DNA from: Candidatus Hermodarchaeota archaeon
GTDB taxonomy: Archaea; Asgardarchaeota; Heimdallarchaeia; Hodarchaeales; Hodarchaeaceae
DNA length: 20,673 bases
Assembly (NCBI GenBank): GCA_048886185.1
Contig: JBHLKY010000022.1
Location: 1 to 20,673 of the forward strand
Direction: 5' to 3'
Positions 15,292-20,673 of this stretch are shown here, piece after piece (the first letter of the stretch is position 1; each line of letters starts with the position of its first letter). The notes below the pieces were generated by a model that was given only the letters and a program-made list of their open reading frames with translations, was not told where the DNA came from and did no database searches. The translations under genes were made by a program, and so were the position numbers.

Positions 15292-17649
15292 CTATCCCAT
15301 AAGTACACTTACATTATGAATTTTATTATCTCCAAATGCAGGGATTTGTTGATTCTCTATGGTTTTTTTGTCAACTTTTATCTCTTTTATTCCTTTCGAT
15401 ACCATTTTTGGATTAATCACTTCGATTTTATAGCTTGTATTTCTAAATCGTCTACTAAGCTTAAAATTTTTCCATTCCTTTGGAATACATGGATCTACAA
15501 TCAAATTGTCGAAAGTTGGTCGAATCCCAAGAATCCATTCCAAGGCTGCTTTCAATGACCAAGCTGCAGTCCCAGTAAGCCAAGAATTTTTCGCCATACC
15601 AAATTTAGGGTGATCTGGACTCGTGATCATCTGAGAATAGACATATGGTTCTGTGAAATGGATATGAGAGATATTATTTTTAGTCGTTGGAGCGATTTTC
15701 TGCCAATATTCATAGGCAAAATCAGCACGCCCAAGAATACTTTCAGCTATAATAGCCCATGGATTTGTATGACAAAATATACTAGCATTTTCTTTTAAAC
15801 CTGGTGGAAAGGTTGTAATACCTCCCAATTTGGGATAAAATCTGGTATAACCAGGTGTAAAAAGCTTGATTCCATAATCAGTATTCAAATATTCTCTCAC
15901 AGCATCCATAGCTAGATGTGCACGATCGTTTGAAGCAATTCCACTGATTATCGCCCACGTTTGCGAGTTAAGAAAGATCTGCCCTTCTTCACATTTAGCA
16001 CTACCCACAGGTTCACCTGTATCGGTGAATGCTCTAATATACCATCGACCATCCCATGCAACCTTGTTTATATTATCCTTTAGCCTTTGTGACGTTCTTC
16101 TAAACGATATGGCGTCATCTATTTGATTATATCTTTCAGCAATTTCTGACATTGATAACAGGGCTTTATGGAACTGCATTCCCACCCAAACGCTCTCACT
16201 TGCGTTATTTGGACCTGGTAGACTTAATGTGTCATTCCAATCTGCTGTACCAATTAGGGGAAGCTTATGATTTCCAAGATTATTCTGTGTGAATACTAGT
16301 GCTTGTTTAAGATGGTCATATACTGATGCCATAGATCCTTCAATATAAGGAATTTCTTCGTCTAAAATCGACATATCCCCTGATTCTTTAATATAATCAG
16401 ATACCGCGAGGATTAACCAGAGATGATCGTCACTAAAGAATAATCTATCTTTATTAATGTATTCAGGGAACGATCCTTTACGTGTTAATGGAAAAAACAC
16501 ATGATAGACTTTACCACTCTCAAACTGATTTTGAGTTAAATCTAAAAGACGCATACGTACTCTTTTCGGAAGTACATGGGCAATGGCCATTGCATCTTGA
16601 TTACTATCACGAAATCCCATGCCCCTTCCAATCCCCGTCTCATAAAAAGACACATATCGCGACCAATCGAATGTTATTTTACATTGATAAGGGTTCCAAA
16701 CATTCAACATTAGGTTAAAGTTTTTATCTGGGGTGTTTGCTTGAAATGCTTCTAGGTAATTTTTCCAGTATGTTTTGAGCTTCTGAAATTCAATGTGAAC
16801 CATTTCTTGACTAGAATACTTCCGTATTAACTCTTTCCCCTCCTTTTTCTCCTTTGCAACTCCTAGAAGATAAATGATTGTTTTTTCCTCTTGAGGAATG
16901 AGTGTGATGTCTGAGGAAGTTGCTGCTATTGGATTTCCTCCAAGTGCATGAGAATTGGAACATTTACCTTTCTCGACTCGAATTGGATTTGCTTCTGAGT
17001 GGTAGGGGCCAACAAAAGCTTCACGGTCACAATCATAACCTGTAATGTTACTATTTGAAGCAAAGAAGGCAAATTTTGTGCTTAAATCAAACAGAGAATA
17101 AAAAATCCCATTTTCATCGTAGTTAGCTACAGCTACATTTTGGATATATTGCAAATCATTCTGATCGCCTAGAGCTCTCCATAAACAGAATTCTGCATAA
17201 GAAAAAATGCTAAAATCCTTGTGTCCATCTGTATTGTTCTTTATGGTAAACATCCATATTTCTAAATCATCCGTTAAAGGGACAAAATAGGTTATTTTTG
17301 TGTTAACACCTTTATATCGAGATTTTATTATTGTATATCCTAAACCATGACGACATTGATATTCATCAAGGTTCATTAAAATCGGTTGCCATGTTGGAGA
17401 CCAGAACTCAGATGTTTGGTTATCTCTAATGTATATATACCTTCCTGGGCGATCCATGGGTATATTATTGTACCTATATCGGAGTATTCTTCGATCTCTA
17501 GGATCTATGTGGAAGCTATACCCCCCTCCTGTGTTTGAAATCATAGCACAATAGTTGCTATTACTTAAATAATTAATCCAAGGAGTAGGGGTATCAGGTT
17601 TAGTTATAACATATTCTTTCTCATCTGAGGAAAAATTTCCATAACTCAA
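15292..17649 (-). CDS. GH94 phosphorylase, cellodextrin-phosphorylase-like (specificity unproven)
   Basis: EYVITKPDTPTPWINY, RYRYNNIPMDRPGRYIY, GMGFRDSNQD, VYHVFFPLT, SDDHLWL, ADWNDTL (catalytic Asp), GGITTFPPGLKENA and NSWLTGTAAW. It resembles Clostridium stercorarium CepB as recalled. The start is probably TTG at 17649 (MSYGNF, aligning to MRYGYF); the track start is GTG at 17658. Confidence 0.85.
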   Translation of the reverse strand: MSYGNFSSDEKEYVITKPDTPTPWINYLSNSNYCAMISNTGGGYSFHIDPRDRRILRYRYNNIPMDRPGRYIYIRDNQTSEFWSPTWQPILMNLDEYQCRHGLGYTIIKSRYKGVNTKITYFVPLTDDLEIWMFTIKNNTDGHKDFSIFSYAEFCLWRALGDQNDLQYIQNVAVANYDENGIFYSLFDLSTKFAFFASNSNITGYDCDREAFVGPYHSEANPIRVEKGKCSNSHALGGNPIAATSSDITLIPQEEKTIIYLLGVAKEKKEGKELIRKYSSQEMVHIEFQKLKTYWKNYLEAFQANTPDKNFNLMLNVWNPYQCKITFDWSRYVSFYETGIGRGMGFRDSNQDAMAIAHVLPKRVRMRLLDLTQNQFESGKVYHVFFPLTRKGSFPEYINKDRLFFSDDHLWLILAVSDYIKESGDMSILDEEIPYIEGSMASVYDHLKQALVFTQNNLGNHKLPLIGTADWNDTLSLPGPNNASESVWVGMQFHKALLSMSEIAERYNQIDDAISFRRTSQRLKDNINKVAWDGRWYIRAFTDTGEPVGSAKCEEGQIFLNSQTWAIISGIASNDRAHLAMDAVREYLNTDYGIKLFTPGYTRFYPKLGGITTFPPGLKENASIFCHTNPWAIIAESILGRADFAYEYWQKIAPTTKNNISHIHFTEPYVYSQMITSPDHPKFGMAKNSWLTGTAAWSLKAALEWILGIRPTFDNLIVDPCIPKEWKNFKLSRRFRNTSYKIEVINPKMVSKGIKEIKVDKKTIENQQIPAFGDNKIHNVSVLMG

Positions 17650-17654
17650 GGTAT

Positions 17655-17660
17655 TCACCT
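17655..17660 (-). promoter_or_regulatory. Shine-Dalgarno AGGTGA for the second GH94
   Basis: AGGTGA on the - strand, 5 nt before TTG 17649. It is complementary to the ..UCACCU.. 16S tail typical of archaea. Confidence 0.6.
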
Positions 17661-17715
17661 ATTAGATAATCTCTCTCTGTTTTGCCACCTATTCGACAAA
17701 ATATTTTGAAATTAG

Positions 17716-19410
17716 CTAATTCTTCTTTAAACTGTGCTTTTTTGAATTAAATCGATAAACTGCTAATAACGCAAATATAGAGATGATCCATATTAGGACA
17801 GTAAAACCAGAAGTGGTCTTTGGTGATGCAGTTGTAGCCGATGTGGTAGAAGTAGTTGATATAATCAATGGATGAACAGTTACAAGGACTGTATCCTGTC
17901 GAGTGTATACGCCATCAGTGAATACAATTGTATAGTTAAAGGTTCCAGCAGTTCCGGTAGTAACAGTGATATAAAAAGCTGTATTGTTTTTCCAAATATC
18001 ATTTTGCGATCCAAAAACAAGATTGTCAAGATATACCGTATAAGTTCCATATATTGTGTCAGAGTCGAGAATTATCCACGTTATGTTCACGTCTTCATTT
18101 TGATTCGTTTCAATATCTTCAGGAGAATTAATGGTTGGTTCTGGGTGTTTTACAACACTCACTATTACTGTGTCATGGCCGATGGATATTCCATCAGTGA
18201 ATACAATTGTATAGTTGAATGAACCAATATTTTCTGTATTAACTGTTATATTTACTGTCGTTCCATTTTCCCAGATTTCATCCTGTTGTCCTAATAAGGT
18301 GTTGTCTAGATAGATACCATACGTCCCTGACGTATTATCAATGTCATTAATCATCCAAGAAATATTCACATCTTCATCTGTATAGGTTTCGAAATCTTCA
18401 GGAGAAATTATGGTTGGAGCAGGCCATTTCACACTACCACCAAAAAATTTTACCAACACCTCTGCTGCAGGTTTGGGTGTTCTTTCTTCTCGAAAAATTC
18501 CCCAGTGTTCTCCTACGGGTCCTTCTTGATTTATCTTCCATGCCTCATCAAATGCTTCAAAGAGATAGCTTTTGATTTTGTTTTCAGCCAGCATCGGGAG
18601 GAGATCATTATAAAATTCTTTTTGTACTTGTTCCGAATATCTATCAGGATCCCAGTCTTTCGGACCTGATGGCCATCCTGCCTCTGCTAAAAAGATTTCT
18701 TTATCTGGATATTTAGTTTGAAGTTCCTCAATACGTTCTATTGTATACTCTGCCGCAAATGAGCCATATGTTGGCGATGGTTTCCCCTCCCAGTAGCTAT
18801 ACACATGAACAAACAGGACATCACAGGCATTTACGAGCTGTGGGTACTGATCCCATATATGCCAAGGTTCTGCAGTTGTAACTGGTACAGATGTTTGGTT
18901 ATTAACAATCTCTATATATTTAATTAGTTGACTAAGAGTCATGTCCTCTCTAAGGAGAACCTCATTTCCAACGATTAATGCTGAAGAGATATCTGCAACA
19001 GCAAGGCCTTGACTAATTTCATAACTATTCAGATAATGATTATTAAGACTGTTATTGGGGACTATCCAGATTCCTGTGGCACAATCAATCCCATTTTCAT
19101 GTGCTATCCCAGGGATGACATTTTGTCCATAATTCATTCCATATGTTCTTATGTTTGTAACATTTAATTCTTTCAATATTCCAAGATCCTCTCTCACATT
19201 TTGTGGATTAATCCATTCACCAGGAGGACCAAAATATCTATATGCGCCATAACACAATCCATGGAAATCAAATGTTGATGCTTGTGCTTCCAGTGCAGAT
19301 TTAGCTTTAAGATTATTTTCTGAAGTGTTCATTTGAAGTGGTTGGAGATGTGAGAAAATGATAATAAGCCCTAATAAAGAGAAAAATGTCAAATACGATA
19401 TATTTTTCAT
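17716..19410 (-). CDS. Surface-anchored GH17 beta-1,3-glucanase/glucanosyltransferase with two tandem Ig-like repeats and a C-terminal TM anchor
   Basis: GLCYGAYR, IRTYG, VGNEVLLR (acid/base Glu), VPVTTAEPW, VHVYSYWEG, LAEAGWPS (nucleophile Glu), FEAFDEAWK and EHWGIF. It has a signal peptide, a 93-aa duplicated beta-rich domain, an S/T linker, and TTSGF + TM + basic tail. ATG at 19410 is preferred over the TTG at 19419. Confidence 0.88.
   Translation of the reverse strand: MKNISYLTFFSLLGLIIIFSHLQPLQMNTSENNLKAKSALEAQASTFDFHGLCYGAYRYFGPPGEWINPQNVREDLGILKELNVTNIRTYGMNYGQNVIPGIAHENGIDCATGIWIVPNNSLNNHYLNSYEISQGLAVADISSALIVGNEVLLREDMTLSQLIKYIEIVNNQTSVPVTTAEPWHIWDQYPQLVNACDVLFVHVYSYWEGKPSPTYGSFAAEYTIERIEELQTKYPDKEIFLAEAGWPSGPKDWDPDRYSEQVQKEFYNDLLPMLAENKIKSYLFEAFDEAWKINQEGPVGEHWGIFREERTPKPAAEVLVKFFGGSVKWPAPTIISPEDFETYTDEDVNISWMINDIDNTSGTYGIYLDNTLLGQQDEIWENGTTVNITVNTENIGSFNYTIVFTDGISIGHDTVIVSVVKHPEPTINSPEDIETNQNEDVNITWIILDSDTIYGTYTVYLDNLVFGSQNDIWKNNTAFYITVTTGTAGTFNYTIVFTDGVYTRQDTVLVTVHPLIISTTSTTSATTASPKTTSGFTVLIWIISIFALLAVYRFNSKKHSLKKN
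17860..18417 (-). repeat. Tandem 279-nt (93-aa) Ig-like domain repeat within the GH17 gene
   Basis: PTI.SPED.ET...EDVNI.W.I.D.D...GTY..YLDN...FNYTIVFTDG..DTV.V.V occurs twice. An identical 26-mer at 17912-17937 and 18191-18216 is 279 nt apart. Confidence 0.85.
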
Positions 19411-19609
19411 TAAATTCAACCTTGAATTGAAATCTATTTATTGTTCGTAAATTGATTTGAAGATTAAATCTTTTTTTAGTGATACTTGTATTTTCAAGTA
19501 AAATAATTGTGGTAAAACACTTGTGATAGAAGTAGGCATAAGTAATGTGAACTTCATGATTTAATATAATTTCACTCCTTTGAAATCCATGTTATTCAGG
19601 ATATAATAG

Positions 19610-20673
19610 CTATATAAGTTCTAATAATCTTTGTCGCCTTAGGAGTAGAATTAAAACTGAAATTGCAGTCAGTACGGAGCCAAAAGTTATAGACACTCCA
19701 CCATTAGTCACTGAAGTCGTGATTGTTTCTGGTACTGACGGGGTAGTTGTTTCTGATATTGAAATGGTCAAAGTTAATATCTCTAATCCCTGAATACCAA
19801 AAGCCACGTAAATAAATGAATCATCCACAACTACATCTTTTGCTAACCCTATGATGCCAGTTTCCTCATAAAACTGTCCAATTTCAACAGGAGTAGTGGG
19901 GTCAGAAATATCAAACACCTCCAGACCATCAGTATTGTCAGCAATAAAAGCTAGATCTCCACTTACAAATACATTAATTGCCAAGCCACTCTCATCATGA
20001 ATTTGACCAATCTCAAATGGATTGGTTGGATCAGAAACGTCCAAAATCTCAAGACCGTTGTCATAATCAGCCACGTATAAATAGGGATCAGTGAAATATA
20101 AGCCCATTGCTTTCCCTCCATCGTAATAATGGCCAATACGTGTTATATTAGAGAAGCTACTGACATTTAGGATTTCAACACCATCCTCACCATCAGCTAC
20201 ATAAGCATATGATCCATTAACAATGACACTCCTCGTACCATTCTTATCATCAATATATTCACCCACCTTTTTTGGATTGAATGGATCGGTGATATTAATA
20301 ATCCGTACACCAAATTCACCATCAGCAATATAAGCAATAGATCCTTTTACAAAGATATTGAGAGAGTCACTTTTGATTCTTTCCTCGTAAAATGGAAAGT
20401 ATTGTATCTCTACCTCCATATAATGACTGATGATTGTTGGATTGGTTGGATCAGTGATGTTAATGATCCGTATTCCATCAAAGCTGTTCGCTAAGAAGGC
20501 ATAGGAGCCATTAATGAACACATCCTGAGGGATTCCAGCATGTGGATTGAATTTCCCAACAAGAGAGCTATTCTCTCTATCAGTTATATTGATGATTTCT
20601 AAGCCTTGCTCTCCATCGACAGCATAAACAAAAGGTTCTTTAAGTTGAATTCCTAGATATCTCCCTCCATCAT
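19610..20673 (-). CDS. Surface LVIVD-repeat beta-propeller protein, copy 2 (5' end outside window), with S/T linker and C-terminal TM anchor
   Basis: The frame is open from 20671 through the track's GTG at 20521 (DGGRYLGIQLKEPFVYAVDGEQGLEIINITDRENSSLVGKFNPHAGIPQDVFING...). It is a paralogue of 14080-15225 and ends ETTTPSVPETITTS + TM + RRQR. Confidence 0.88.
   Translation of the reverse strand, partial: DGGRYLGIQLKEPFVYAVDGEQGLEIINITDRENSSLVGKFNPHAGIPQDVFINGSYAFLANSFDGIRIINITDPTNPTIISHYMEVEIQYFPFYEERIKSDSLNIFVKGSIAYIADGEFGVRIINITDPFNPKKVGEYIDDKNGTRSVIVNGSYAYVADGEDGVEILNVSSFSNITRIGHYYDGGKAMGLYFTDPYLYVADYDNGLEILDVSDPTNPFEIGQIHDESGLAINVFVSGDLAFIADNTDGLEVFDISDPTTPVEIGQFYEETGIIGLAKDVVVDDSFIYVAFGIQGLEILTLTISISETTTPSVPETITTSVTNGGVSITFGSVLTAISVLILLLRRQRLLELI

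Noticed and set aside
2753-17658. Cyclic beta-1,2-glucan synthase (Cgs/NdvB) interpretation of the GH94 genes
   Set aside because: Both are stand-alone proteins of about 800 aa with no glycosyltransferase or TM domains, and their motifs fit CBP/CDP-type phosphorylases.
17656-17693. Direct repeat CACCTATT x2 (AATAGGTG on the - strand), 30 nt apart, between GH17 and GH94
   Set aside because: It is only 8 nt long. One copy is the SD, and the second is plausibly chance.
15268-18222. + strand ORFs 15268-15558, 15610-15798, 16482-16718 and 17872-18222 (with repeated ISEYNCIV)
   Set aside because: They are antisense to the GH94 or GH17 genes. The internal repeat mirrors the Ig-like domain duplication.
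20521-20521. Track start (GTG) for LVIVD copy 2
   Set aside because: The frame stays open to the window end and matches copy 1 further upstream. The true start lies outside the window.
1-20673. CRISPR arrays, tRNA/rRNA genes, transposases, integrases, defence systems
   Set aside because: No regularly spaced repeats, RNA-gene signatures or recombinase motifs were seen, and nearly all sequence is explained by coding genes.

Overview
AT-rich prokaryotic window, most likely archaeal. AGGTGA/GGAGG ribosome-binding sites, oligo-T terminators and S/T-linker + TM + basic-tail surface proteins suggest an Asgard/Heimdallarchaeia-like host, but this is inference. Almost the whole window is one beta-glucan/beta-glucoside utilisation cluster. 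Left arm (- strand): cellobiose phosphorylase (GH94), a membrane-anchored GH116 beta-glucosidase, and a truncated SDR oxidoreductase missed by the ORF track. Middle (+ strand): a cytoplasmic GH3 beta-glucosidase, a five-gene Opp/Dpp-family ABC importer whose binding protein resembles Thermotoga beta-glucoside-binding proteins, and a surface LVIVD beta-propeller. Right arm (- strand): a second LVIVD propeller (truncated), a surface-anchored GH17 with two Ig-like repeats, and a second, cellodextrin-phosphorylase-like GH94. The main oddities are the two inverted, mosaically near-identical LVIVD paralogues bracketing the GH17-GH94 cassette, a 24-residue C-terminal anchor shared by unrelated proteins, and a beta-1,3 surface enzyme paired with beta-1,4-type phosphorylases. 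No RNA genes, CRISPR arrays, mobile elements or regulator genes were seen. Family assignments rest on recognised motifs and remembered homologues, not database searches.
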